Source: a bacterium (GTDB taxonomy: Bacteria > Ratteibacteria > UBA8468 > B48-G9 > JAFGKM01). From it: DNA of 64,000 bases. Shown here one piece after another: positions 41,051 to 50,698 of the stretch. How positions within the stretch are numbered: the first letter of the stretch is position 1; each line of letters begins with the position of its first letter. The position numbers and the translations under genes are program-made. The notes beneath the pieces were generated by a model that was not told the DNA's origin, did not search any database, and saw only the letters and a list, made by a program, of their open reading frames with translations. The stretch spans positions 52,566-116,565 of the forward strand of contig JAOAIL010000001.1 in NCBI GenBank assembly GCA_026414725.1, in the 5' to 3' direction.

Positions 41051-41748
41051 TCTTTCTCTGCTTTTTCTCTCGCTTCTTTCTCTCTTCTTCTCTCTTCTGC
41101 TTCCTTCTGTGTAATTACTTCTGGCTCTGTAGGCACTTCAGAGACAACTGCTTCAGCACCTTCTTCCACCTCTATCTTTTCTGCTTTTGGTGCAAGAACT
41201 GTAACCACAACCTTTTCAGGGTCATCAACTAAAGAAACACCTTCAGGTAAAACAATATCTTTAACTAAAATAGCATGCCCTATATCAAGGTTTGATACAT
41301 CAACCTCTATTAATGCAGGAATCCTATCAGGTAGTGCCTGAACCTGCAATTCTCTCAATTCCTGTTCAAGAATACCTCCTTTTTCTATCCCCGGAGATTC
41401 TCCAACAAGATGCACAGGAATTCCCATTCTTACTGAATGGTCCATACTAATCCTGTAAAAATCAAGATGCAGAATATCTCCACGTATCGGGTCTGTCTGG
41501 ATATCCTTAAGTATGGTCTTCACTGTCTCCTTTTTCTTCCCTTTCTTAATCACGATATCAGCCATTACATTATGTGACTCCAGTTTCCTTATAATATCCT
41601 CTGCACTCTTTTTTTCAACTTTAAGGGGTATCGGTTCATAACCAGGTCCATAAAGAACCGCTGGTATAAAACCACCTGCTCTAAGTTTTCTCGCAACTCC
41701 CTTTCCTATTCCCTCTCTCTCTTCTGCTGTAAATTGTATCTTGTCCAT
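41047..41748 (-). CDS. rplY: 50S ribosomal protein L25 / general stress protein Ctc
   Basis: GKGVARKLRAGGFIPAVLYG, a beta-barrel domain, and an acidic Glu/Lys-rich C-terminus. Confidence 0.85.
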   Translation of the reverse strand: MDKIQFTAEEREGIGKGVARKLRAGGFIPAVLYGPGYEPIPLKVEKKSAEDIIRKLESHNVMADIVIKKGKKKETVKTILKDIQTDPIRGDILHLDFYRISMDHSVRMGIPVHLVGESPGIEKGGILEQELRELQVQALPDRIPALIEVDVSNLDIGHAILVKDIVLPEGVSLVDDPEKVVVTVLAPKAEKIEVEEGAEAVVSEVPTEPEVITQKEAEERRREKEAREKAEKE

Positions 41749-42050
41749 AAAAAGTCCTCCCTCTTTTTTATGCTTATTCTATTGATTTTAAGATTTTATA
41801 ATTTTATCATATCAGAAAAAAATATCAAAAAAGTAGATAGGGGATTCTATAAAGGTAAAAAATCTTATAGTTTTACTTCAAGTCCTGTAATAGCAATAAG
41901 GACTGGTGAAAATGTGTAGGTGTTTTCTGAACAGAATTCTATACTCTTTATTATTTATAGGGTCCCATATTTGTCCCATTTTAGGAAAGTTAGATTTATA
42001 TTACTCAGATGGAAAAAATCTCATAGTTCTGTGATATATAACTTTTCTTT

Positions 42051-42082
42051 TTTACACACTTTCTAAATGAATGTGGTATAAT
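42051..42082 (+). promoter_or_regulatory. Candidate promoter with extended -10 (TGgTATAAT)
   Basis: TTTACA/TACACA -35-like at 42051-42058. Extended -10 TGGTATAAT at 42074-42082. The predicted TSS would be ~6-8 nt downstream, i.e. a few nt from the annotated ATG at 42093. Confidence 0.3.
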
Positions 42083-42092
42083 ATATACCCAA

Positions 42093-43574
42093 ATGAGAAA
42101 AGTTATACCCCATATAAAAAAAACTTATATTGTTTTCAGAATTAAACCTGTAGAGATCGGGTTTACACCAGAAAAAATATGGTGTCCCAGTCCATCCAAC
42201 GACCATCGGACAGAACCGTATGATATACCCTGTAAGATAGTAATTGGAAATAGAATAACCTCACAAACAGGTGCTAAATTTACTCCATTACCTTTTTCAG
42301 TAGCACTAATAGGTAAGGATAAAAAAGTACTTTTATATATTAAAGCGAAAAAAGGTTGGCACCTCTGGAACTTTGTAGAATTTAAAGCAACCTCTTCATC
42401 AATAGAAGTATCTGTAGACCTTGAAGGACATACCAATCCAGCAAAAGCATTAAAAAATATCTCTCTCTTTATCTCTCCAGAATGTAATGGAGAAAACCCA
42501 ATGCAGATGTTGTCAAAAGCAACAGAAATTTTATATCCACAGGTGGTAAAAAATAAAAGAAATATCCCTGATTGGTGGTTAATGCCTATCTACTGTGGCT
42601 GGGGAGACCAGGTAGCAACCTCTCTGTTTATGGAAGGACCCGGACCAGAAACACGGGCACTGGCTTATTGTACACAAGGACTTTATGAAAAATGGATATC
42701 AAAACTTGAAGAAGCAGGGATTCCCATCGGAATTGTTATTATTGATGCGGGATGGTCACCTGCAGGGACACTGGAGCCCTATAAAAATCAATGGCCTGAC
42801 CTGAGGGGTTTTATAGAAAGGCAACATAAAAAAAACAGAAAAGTACTTTTATGGTTTGCTACCTTTCTCTATGAAGGACTTCCGGATAAATGGTGTATAT
42901 TTGCAGGGAAGACAAAATTGGTTGCAGACCCTACAAATCAGGAATACAGACACTTTCTTAAAAAACAGATATTCCGGCTTATATCTTCTGATAAAGGGTG
43001 TTTTGATGCAGACGGTTTTAAAATAGACCAGCTTTCTTATGTGCCTTCTGAAAGAAGTTTAAGGAGTGGTGAACAATGTGGTAGGACTTATCTACTTAAA
43101 AAATTTAAAGGAGACCTTAAAATAAAAGGAAAGGGATGGGGATGTGAACTTTTATATCAACTTCAGAAAGATATATATACTACTGCTAAAAAAGCAAAAC
43201 CAGATGCTTTAATTAACAGCAGTACAGTACACCCTTATTTTTATGACACTTTTGATATGGTCCGACTTCATGATACAGGAACCCTTCCTGAAGGAACTGT
43301 TTTAGAAGCAATGAAAGCGCGTGCAGACCTCGCAAGAGCAGTATTACCTTATCATCCTGTTGATACTGATAATTGGGTTTATGGGAACTATGAAAAGTGG
43401 CTGGAGTATACAATGAACAGTTATAAGATAGGTATCCCCTGTATATTCTATTCAGAAAGATTTGTTTTATCCTTCACAAAAAATCCTACTACCTGTGAAA
43501 TACCTGAAATAGACCTGAAGAAAATAGTATCTATATGGGAAAGATATATAGATAATCTTAAAAAAATGAAGTAA
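42093..43574 (+). CDS. Putative glycoside hydrolase, melibiase-like (clan GH-D-type) TIM barrel; function unknown
   Basis: The motif series IVIIDAGW, RKVLLWF, ADPTNQEYRHFL and DADGFKIDQ resembles the DDGW / GlKfGiW / dPt.p / vDylK.D pattern of GH27/GH36/GH31-type enzymes. No signal peptide recognised. Confidence 0.4.
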   Translation: MRKVIPHIKKTYIVFRIKPVEIGFTPEKIWCPSPSNDHRTEPYDIPCKIVIGNRITSQTGAKFTPLPFSVALIGKDKKVLLYIKAKKGWHLWNFVEFKATSSSIEVSVDLEGHTNPAKALKNISLFISPECNGENPMQMLSKATEILYPQVVKNKRNIPDWWLMPIYCGWGDQVATSLFMEGPGPETRALAYCTQGLYEKWISKLEEAGIPIGIVIIDAGWSPAGTLEPYKNQWPDLRGFIERQHKKNRKVLLWFATFLYEGLPDKWCIFAGKTKLVADPTNQEYRHFLKKQIFRLISSDKGCFDADGFKIDQLSYVPSERSLRSGEQCGRTYLLKKFKGDLKIKGKGWGCELLYQLQKDIYTTAKKAKPDALINSSTVHPYFYDTFDMVRLHDTGTLPEGTVLEAMKARADLARAVLPYHPVDTDNWVYGNYEKWLEYTMNSYKIGIPCIFYSERFVLSFTKNPTTCEIPEIDLKKIVSIWERYIDNLKKMK

Positions 43575-43594
43575 AATTATAACAGGAGAAAAAT

Positions 43595-43915
43595 GTGAAA
43601 ACATCTATTGAGAATAAGCTGAAAAAGATTGTATCTATACTGGAAGACAAAAAAGCAGAAGATATAAAAGTCCTTTTTGTAGGGAAGCAGACCTGGATTA
43701 CTGACTATTTTGTAATTGCATCTGGAAACTCTCCTGTACACACGAAAACACTTGCAGAGGCACTCCTGTATGGAATAGAAGAACACCCTATCTCTATAGA
43801 CGGACTAAAAAGAGGCAGGTGGGTGCTCATTGACTATGGTGAGGTAATTATCCATATATTTCTACCTGAAGCAAGGTTATATTACAAACTTGAGAGGTTA
43901 TGGGCAGAAGTTTAA
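43595..43915 (+). CDS. rsfS: Ribosomal silencing factor RsfS (Iojap)
   Basis: LEDKKAEDIKVL...TDYFVIASGNSPVHTKTLAEAL...WVLIDYGEVIIHIF. Confidence 0.85.
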   Translation: MKTSIENKLKKIVSILEDKKAEDIKVLFVGKQTWITDYFVIASGNSPVHTKTLAEALLYGIEEHPISIDGLKRGRWVLIDYGEVIIHIFLPEARLYYKLERLWAEV

Positions 43916-43920
43916 TAGCA

Positions 43921-44352
43921 TTAATTTATATTCTGTTTTTCTATCAGTTTATTGAGTGCATCAGCGAGTGATTTGAAAAAATCCTTTTTCCTCAATCTTA
44001 TGGGCTCAACCTTTTTACCTTCAGCTATCTCTCTAATAGTTCTTTCAATCCTGAAGATAGGACCTGCTATCCTGTGGAGATAAAAGATACCAAAAACAAA
44101 GGCAAATAAGAGAATCACAACCAGCATTAAACCAACACGACTAAGTATTAAAAAATTGATACTCTTTACCAGTTCATATGCATTAGCCATCCCACCCTGT
44201 GCATCAAGTTCATTCAGTATAGTATTGAAAGTAAGATAGTATGTCCCCACTCCAGCAATAATAATACCTATAAGTAGAAGATATATTATAATACCGGAAT
44301 ATATAAACTGAAGTGGCTTATTTATCAAGTATTTCCTTCTTCTAATTTTCAT
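43921..44352 (-). CDS. Small membrane protein with two TM helices and HAMP-like linker
   Basis: Two hydrophobic helices followed by HRIAGPIFRIERTIREIAEG (HAMP-like AGP motif). No output domain. Confidence 0.4.
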   Translation of the reverse strand: MKIRRRKYLINKPLQFIYSGIIIYLLLIGIIIAGVGTYYLTFNTILNELDAQGGMANAYELVKSINFLILSRVGLMLVVILLFAFVFGIFYLHRIAGPIFRIERTIREIAEGKKVEPIRLRKKDFFKSLADALNKLIEKQNIN

Positions 44353-44360
44353 TTTTCACC

Positions 44361-45086
44361 TCACTGAAAGTTAGGATACTTTTCAGAATGCCAGACAATA
44401 TCCTCGTCTACTCCTTTCCCCCCTTCTTTTCTATCTCTTCCATAACTACCTAATAAAAAATACTCTTTGGTTGGAAAATATCCATAAATATATACGAGGA
44501 AATAACTCGTTGGTTGACTTGCAAGCCATGCCTCCATATAGTTAGTTCCATCTTTAATATTAACCTGTCTTTCATATATCTGAGGATGGGGAGGTTTGGC
44601 ACAAAAATCTTTATGAGAAAAAATTGTAGTGCCATTGACACAGACATATGCTGAAGCAACACCATAATTTTCAATTTTCATAGTTGCTGTCTGTGATGTT
44701 GCTTCAAAATTAAAATAATATGAAAATGGTTTACCTGTTCCCCTAATAAAAGGTGGAGAACCAAAAACATTTGTCAAAGGTATTTTATAAAAATATGGTG
44801 TCTTCCATGGATCAATCGGTATGGACACGCTATAAGGTCCATGCCAGCCCTTTTCCATCCCTGAAGGTGGAGATTTAGATAGTATATCAGAAAGAACTAC
44901 AGGATATAAACCAGTATCATCTTTTATTGTCTGAAGTATCTGAGCAAGTTGTGCAATCTGTGTCTTTGCACTTACAACCCTTGCTTTATGGAGAATTAGT
45001 GAAACCATCTTTAACGATATTGCAGCTACTATTATAACTATGGTAACCGCTATAATCAGTTCGGTAAGAGTAAATCCTTTCTTCAT
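44361..45086 (-). CDS. Type II secretion major pseudopilin GspG-like (prepilin N-terminus) with extended C-terminal domain
   Basis: MKKGFTLTELIIAVTIVIIVAAISL gives a prepilin peptidase site G|FTLTE. GspG-like core (KARVVSAKTQIAQLAQIL..DTGLYP...WHGPY...DPWKTPYFY) plus an extra ~100 aa. Confidence 0.7.
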   Translation of the reverse strand: MKKGFTLTELIIAVTIVIIVAAISLKMVSLILHKARVVSAKTQIAQLAQILQTIKDDTGLYPVVLSDILSKSPPSGMEKGWHGPYSVSIPIDPWKTPYFYKIPLTNVFGSPPFIRGTGKPFSYYFNFEATSQTATMKIENYGVASAYVCVNGTTIFSHKDFCAKPPHPQIYERQVNIKDGTNYMEAWLASQPTSYFLVYIYGYFPTKEYFLLGSYGRDRKEGGKGVDEDIVWHSEKYPNFQ

Positions 45087-45162
45087 TACTTTTCCTCTAT
45101 TTATTTTACCTTTTATAATGTAGTATTGTCAATTTAAACAAATATGATGTATAATTTTTCCT

Positions 45163-46518
45163 ATGGGAAAAATAAATAGAAATATATTCAGAGAATATGA
45201 CATAAGAGGAATTTATGAGAAAGACCTAAAAGGAGATATTCCATATCTTTTAGGAAGAGGATTTGGAACCATTGTAATGAAAAATGGTAAAAGAAATATA
45301 TGTGTTGCAGGTGATAATAGAATTACTACGCCTGGACTAAAAGAAAGGTTGGTTTCAGGACTGCTTGACTCTGGATGTGATGTAACAGATACAGGAATAG
45401 TACCTACCCCTGTTTTATACTTTGCTGTTCATAATTATCAATTTGACGCAGGAGTTATGGTTACTGCAAGTCATAATCCACCTGAATTTAATGGCTTCAA
45501 GATGGTTATAGGAAATAAAAGTTTATATGGTCAGGAAATACAGGAAGTCGCAGATATTATTGAAAAAAATGATTTCACAGGTGGTAAGGGACAATATAAC
45601 CTGAAGGATGCGACAGATGATTATATAAAATTTATGGTAAAAAATTTCCATTTCAACAGGAAGTTAAAAATAGCAGTTGATACTGGTAATGGAACAGCAG
45701 GTCCTCTAATCGTCAAACTCTTTAAGAAATTAGATATTGATATACTACCACTTTATACTGATAGCGACCCTACTTTCCCACACCATCTTCCTGACCCTTT
45801 AGTTCCTGAAAATCTACAGGACCTGATAAAAACAGTAAAAGAGAATAATATTGATGCTGGTTTTGGATATGATGGAGATGGAGACCGTCTCGGTGTTGTA
45901 GATGAGAAAGGCAATATACTCTGGGGAGACCAGTTGCTAATCATATATGCAAGAGATATATTAAAACGTTTACCAGGTTCTAAAATTATATTTGATGTAA
46001 AATGCAGTAAAACGCTGGAAGAAGAAATAATAAAAGCAGGTGGTATCCCCTTGATGTGGAAAACAGGACATTCTCTCATAGAGAACAAGATGCATATAGA
46101 AAAAGCACCTCTTGCAGGAGAACTTTCAGGACATTTATATTTTGCAGATGAGTATTTTGGATATGATGATGCTATATATTCTTCGCTACGATTACTTAAA
46201 ATAATGGATGAGACAGGCAAAAATCCCTCTGAATTACTTGCAGGAATTAAAAAATACCATTCAACACCTGAGATACGAATTACAGTCCCTGATGAGAAAA
46301 AATTTGCTGTTGTTGAAAAACTTAAGACATTCTTCTCCTCTCAGGGATATAAAATTTCCGATATAGATGGTGTAAAGGTCTTCCTTTCTGATGGATGGGC
46401 ACTTGTAAGGGCTTCAAATACACAGCCAGCACTTGTTATCCGTGTGGAAGCGGAAACATATGAAGCGCTGGAAAATATTAAAGAGAACTTTCTGAAAGTT
46501 ATCAGAAGTTCTATATAA
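45163..46518 (+). CDS. Phosphomannomutase / phosphoglucomutase
   Basis: Active-site TASHNPPEFNGFK, metal-binding GYDGDGDR, sugar-binding GELSGH. Confidence 0.85.
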   Translation: MGKINRNIFREYDIRGIYEKDLKGDIPYLLGRGFGTIVMKNGKRNICVAGDNRITTPGLKERLVSGLLDSGCDVTDTGIVPTPVLYFAVHNYQFDAGVMVTASHNPPEFNGFKMVIGNKSLYGQEIQEVADIIEKNDFTGGKGQYNLKDATDDYIKFMVKNFHFNRKLKIAVDTGNGTAGPLIVKLFKKLDIDILPLYTDSDPTFPHHLPDPLVPENLQDLIKTVKENNIDAGFGYDGDGDRLGVVDEKGNILWGDQLLIIYARDILKRLPGSKIIFDVKCSKTLEEEIIKAGGIPLMWKTGHSLIENKMHIEKAPLAGELSGHLYFADEYFGYDDAIYSSLRLLKIMDETGKNPSELLAGIKKYHSTPEIRITVPDEKKFAVVEKLKTFFSSQGYKISDIDGVKVFLSDGWALVRASNTQPALVIRVEAETYEALENIKENFLKVIRSSI

Positions 46519-46555
46519 AAAATAAAAACGTGATAAAAAAAGGAGGTGAGCCCTT

Positions 46556-46759
46556 ATGAAGTGTCCTTTACGTCTCAGACCTCAAAAAAGACCATTAGGA
46601 GAAGCAACCTTTGGTGTTCCTGAATTCATTGAGGACTTTGATTTATGCCTTGAGGAAAATTGTGCGTGGTGGGACATGGATAAAAAGTGCTGTGCTGTTA
46701 TACATCTATGTGCTATAAAAGAGAACCTGACTGTTTTGGCTGAAGATAAAAAACAATAA
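46556..46759 (+). CDS. Small Cys-rich protein (67 aa, 6 Cys), function unknown
   Basis: Strong SD (AAAGGAGGTGAG) 5-7 nt upstream of the ATG. Cys pattern C3, C31, C36, C45-C46, C52 (CLEENCAWWDMDKKCCAVIHLC). 14 nt upstream of the TlpA-like gene. Confidence 0.45.
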   Translation: MKCPLRLRPQKRPLGEATFGVPEFIEDFDLCLEENCAWWDMDKKCCAVIHLCAIKENLTVLAEDKKQ

Positions 46760-46773
46760 ATCTGGAGGTAATT

Positions 46774-47244
46774 ATGAAAAATATACTTATATCTGTCCTT
46801 ATGGTATTTTTACTTCTATCCTGTTCAAAAGCAGAAATAATAAAAGCACCGGATTTTACACTGAAGGATATTAATGGAAAATCAGTAAAACTCTCTGATT
46901 ATAAAAACAAGGTTATAATACTTAACTTCTGGGCAACGTGGTGTCCACCATGTATAGGAGAAATACCTGACTTTGTTAAATTTTACAGTGTCTATAAAAG
47001 CAAAGGAGTTGAGATAATCGGAATTGCAGTATCTTCAACTGTAGATGATGTAAAAAGTATGATAAAAGAGAAAAATATAAATTACACAGTATGTCTATCT
47101 GATAGAGATATTGAAACACTCTACGGAGGAATAAGGGCTGTTCCTACAACCTTTATTATAAATAAACAGGGTAATATCTATAAGAAAAAAATTGGTGCTA
47201 TATCAGAAAAAGAACTGGAAGAAATAGTAAAAAACCTTCTATGA
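46774..47244 (+). CDS. TlpA/ResA-like thiol:disulfide oxidoreductase lipoprotein (thioredoxin fold)
   Basis: Signal peptide plus lipobox (LLLSCSK) and thioredoxin active site WATWCPPC. Confidence 0.8.
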   Translation: MKNILISVLMVFLLLSCSKAEIIKAPDFTLKDINGKSVKLSDYKNKVIILNFWATWCPPCIGEIPDFVKFYSVYKSKGVEIIGIAVSSTVDDVKSMIKEKNINYTVCLSDRDIETLYGGIRAVPTTFIINKQGNIYKKKIGAISEKELEEIVKNLL

Positions 47245-48905
47245 AAAGAGATGAAATTATAAAGATTCTAATTGATAAAGAAGGGTTGAAGAGTGACCAG
47301 ATTGAAATGGTTGTCAATGAAAAAGAAAAAACAGGATCTCCCTTTGGCTATCTTCTTGTGAAGTTTGGACTCATAACAGCAGACCAGTGGTATAACTTCG
47401 TCCTGAAAGAACTCAAAATAGTCCCTCTTAATATATCAGGGATGGAGATTGACAAAGAGGTGCTTACATCCCTTCCGGAATTTACCTGTAAGAAATATAG
47501 AACCATCCCTGTTTATAAAGGAGGAAGAAAACTTATATGCGGTATGGTTGACCCTTCAGATGAAGATGTAATAGAAGAATTAAAAAAGATCTCTTCTATG
47601 GAGGTAGAACCACGTCTGGTCAGAGATGCAGATGTGAAAGTTGCCCTTGAAAAATATCTAACACAGGGAAGTTTAAAGGTAATATCCCCTGTTGAAAAGA
47701 TTGAGTCAGCGGGGAAGGTCTTCAAACCATCAGGTATTACGGAAATCAGTGAAGCATCTGCAGTAGAAGCAGTAGAGGATATGATAAAAAAAGCAACTGA
47801 ATTGAAGGCAACCGATATTCATATAGAGATTGAGGAAGAGGGAGTAAAGCTTAGGTATAGAATCAATGGGTTACTTTATGAGTTTCCTCCACCACCACTT
47901 GAACTTTATCCTGCTATTGTCTCTCATATAAAAGTACTTTCATCTCTTGATATAGCAGAGAAAAGAATTCCTCAGGATGGTTACTTCAAAATGAAACTTT
48001 CAGGGATAGATGTAGACCTGAGGATATCAACCTTTCCTACAATCTTTGGAGAAATGGTTGCTATGAGGGTATTGAACAAAAAGAATATTGTTTCAGGACT
48101 TGAACAACTTGGTTTTCTACCGCAGACACTACATAGCTGGAGAACACTTCTTGAGGAGCCATATGGACTTTTACTTGTTACAGGACCTACAGGAAGTGGA
48201 AAAACAACAACATTATATTCTTCTCTGAATGAACTGGACAGTATCCATAAAAAAATAATTACTGTGGAAGACCCTGTTGAGTATCACATCCAGAATGTTG
48301 ACCAGACACAGATTAATCCAAAGGCAGGACTTACATTTGCTACTGCATTGCGCTCTATTTTGAGACAGGACCCTGATATAGTGATGATAGGAGAAATAAG
48401 AGACAGAGAAACAGCAGAAATTGCTCTGCGTGCTGCACAAACAGGACAACTTGTATTCTCAACACTTCACACAAACACTGCTCCTGCTGCCCCTGTACGG
48501 CTGATAGATATGGGTATTGAACCATATCTTATTTCATCTTCACTTATAGGAGTACTAAACCAACGTCTGGTAAGGAGTATATGCCACAACTGTAAAGAGA
48601 GATATAAACCATTAAAAGAGGAATTGATACAGATAGGAATTCCTCAGGAGAATGCAGAATACCTTTTCAGGGGAAAAGGATGTCATCTATGTAATGGAAC
48701 CGGATTTGGAGGGAGAACAGGTATATTTGAACTTATGGTTATGAATGAGGAACTAAGAAGAGAAATAATGATAAACCCAGAGGTATCAAGAATAACTGAA
48801 ATTGCAAGAAAGTCAGGTATGAAATCACTCCGTGAAGATGGAATAATAAAAGTACTTGATGGGGTAACCACTATCTCAGAGGTCCTTTATTCCACTAAGA
48901 AATAA
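47241..48905 (+). CDS. gspE: Type II secretion / type IV pilus assembly ATPase GspE/PilB family
   Basis: N-terminal GSPII_E_N-like domain, Walker A (GPTGSGKTTTLYS), Asp box, Walker B (IMIGEIRDRETAEIALRAAQTGQLVFSTLHTN), and a tetracysteine zinc motif (CHNC...CHLCNGTG). Confidence 0.85.
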   Translation: MKRDEIIKILIDKEGLKSDQIEMVVNEKEKTGSPFGYLLVKFGLITADQWYNFVLKELKIVPLNISGMEIDKEVLTSLPEFTCKKYRTIPVYKGGRKLICGMVDPSDEDVIEELKKISSMEVEPRLVRDADVKVALEKYLTQGSLKVISPVEKIESAGKVFKPSGITEISEASAVEAVEDMIKKATELKATDIHIEIEEEGVKLRYRINGLLYEFPPPPLELYPAIVSHIKVLSSLDIAEKRIPQDGYFKMKLSGIDVDLRISTFPTIFGEMVAMRVLNKKNIVSGLEQLGFLPQTLHSWRTLLEEPYGLLLVTGPTGSGKTTTLYSSLNELDSIHKKIITVEDPVEYHIQNVDQTQINPKAGLTFATALRSILRQDPDIVMIGEIRDRETAEIALRAAQTGQLVFSTLHTNTAPAAPVRLIDMGIEPYLISSSLIGVLNQRLVRSICHNCKERYKPLKEELIQIGIPQENAEYLFRGKGCHLCNGTGFGGRTGIFELMVMNEELRREIMINPEVSRITEIARKSGMKSLREDGIIKVLDGVTTISEVLYSTKK

Positions 48906-48977
48906 ATGTATAAATAAAGTATTTGCAGAAAAGTAAAGTTGATAGTAAATTACAAAATACGTGAAAGGAGTTTTGCT

Positions 48978-49823
48978 ATGGAGATTATTAATCCTTTTGA
49001 AGGTAAAGGGAATTGGTATAAAGGTAACCTGCATACACATACAAATATCTCTGACGGGAAATATACAGCAGAAGAAATATGTGAACTTTACAGTAAAAAG
49101 GGTTATCAATTCATTGCAATTACAGACCACAACATAATAAGCAAAGAAATACAACATAAAAATATGCTTGTAATGAGAGGGGTAGAATTACATCCCGAAG
49201 GATTTCATATCGTAGGCATAGAAGTGAAAAATGGATTCGCTTCGGAAGAAACCACAATACAGAAGGTTATAGATATGTTGAAAGAAAATTCATCATTGGT
49301 AATTATTGCACATCCCTACTGGAGTGGAAAGACATCTTCAGACCTTTTACAACTGAATGGATATACAGGGATTGAGGTATATAACAATGTCTGTCACCAT
49401 CTTATAGGGAAAGGATATTCCAGTATACATCTTGATGAAGTTTTACAGACAGGAAAAAAGATATTCGGTTTTGCTGTTGATGATAGTCATTCGGAGGAAC
49501 ATATCGGTAGCGGTTTTATAATGGTACGGAGTAGCAGATGTGATAAAGAAGATATCGCTCTTTCCATCAAAAAAGGGCATTTTTATTCTTCCACAGGTGT
49601 TTCGATAAAGAATATCTCATTGGAAGATAACATTATCTCTGTAGAATGTGACCCTGCTGAATATATTGACTTTATAGGATATAACTCACTTGGAAAGAGA
49701 TTCTCTGGAAAAGATATTAGATATGCAGAGTATCAAATTAAAGGGAATGAAATATATATCAGAATAGAAATAACTGATAGATATGGAAAAAAAGCATGGA
49801 CTAATCCTGTTGTTTTTCTGTAA
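48978..49823 (+). CDS. PHP-domain metal-dependent phosphoesterase (TrpH/YciV-like)
   Basis: GNLHTHTNISDG...FIAITDHN...IAHPYW...VDDSH are the PHP metal-binding His/Asp motifs. AGGAG lies 7 nt before the ATG at 48978; the track ORF starts at 48939. Confidence 0.7.
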   Translation: MEIINPFEGKGNWYKGNLHTHTNISDGKYTAEEICELYSKKGYQFIAITDHNIISKEIQHKNMLVMRGVELHPEGFHIVGIEVKNGFASEETTIQKVIDMLKENSSLVIIAHPYWSGKTSSDLLQLNGYTGIEVYNNVCHHLIGKGYSSIHLDEVLQTGKKIFGFAVDDSHSEEHIGSGFIMVRSSRCDKEDIALSIKKGHFYSSTGVSIKNISLEDNIISVECDPAEYIDFIGYNSLGKRFSGKDIRYAEYQIKGNEIYIRIEITDRYGKKAWTNPVVFL

Positions 49824-50616
49824 ATGCCTTTTTCCATACTTTAAGCAACGATCCCCCAAGTAATCTTACCACTATCTCTGACGGGATTGTTAATAACTCC
49901 CTGTCAGGTATCTCCGGAGAGACAGGTCCATCATAACCAACATCTGCAAGTGTATTAAGAAATACAGGAATATTAATAATACCTGTTTCCCCTGGCATAT
50001 ATCTTCCTTTCTTTTCAGATGATATGTCCCCAACCAACACATATACTATATCTTCTTTTGAGACCTTTTTTAATTCTCCAATCTCACCACCTGAAAGATA
50101 CCATTGTCTCGCAGAGAGAACAAATCCAGCATTACCTGTTTTTATCTTATTACACAGTCGCGTAATCTCCACCGGTAAAAAATGTTTATGGTGTTCAAAA
50201 TATATACCTATTTTACATCCATAATCATTGAGAATCTTTGCTACAGAATAAAGACGTTCAATATAGAAACTGATATTGTCTTTCAATAGTTTACTACTAC
50301 CTAATTCTATATAAGTTACTGCTCTGAATGCTTCCAGATAGGAAGCGTTTCTTGCATAATTTTCAAGTTTTTCAATACCTTTATCGTAAATTCTCTGTTC
50401 ACTATCTAAAGAAAATGGAAGTTTCCATATACCTGCTTTTAGATTAAAAGAGTCAAACATTCCTTTAACATATGCAGGAGAATGTTCTTTTATAAGAATG
50501 GATATTTCCTCTATATTAATTTCAACCCCTTGAAAACTACCAATTGTAGCAAGTCGTAATTTCTCTCGTATCCCTGTATCCTTATCAAAAACATCTGCTG
50601 GAAGAGTTCTAAACAT
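49801..50616 (-). CDS. Sugar-phosphate isomerase/epimerase (xylose-isomerase-like TIM barrel)
   Basis: AP-endonuclease-2 / xylose-isomerase-like TIM-barrel family; the call rests on length and overall pattern. Start trimmed to the ATG at 50616, which has GGAG 6 nt upstream; the track ORF would overlap the divergent radical SAM start. Confidence 0.55.
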   Translation of the reverse strand: MFRTLPADVFDKDTGIREKLRLATIGSFQGVEINIEEISILIKEHSPAYVKGMFDSFNLKAGIWKLPFSLDSEQRIYDKGIEKLENYARNASYLEAFRAVTYIELGSSKLLKDNISFYIERLYSVAKILNDYGCKIGIYFEHHKHFLPVEITRLCNKIKTGNAGFVLSARQWYLSGGEIGELKKVSKEDIVYVLVGDISSEKKGRYMPGETGIINIPVFLNTLADVGYDGPVSPEIPDRELLTIPSEIVVRLLGGSLLKVWKKAFTEKQQD

Positions 50617-50698
50617 ACGTTTCTCCTTATGTTTCTTAAACTTTCCGTTTTGACTTATTATTTTTAACTTTTTACTTATTATAATATAATCTATCAAA

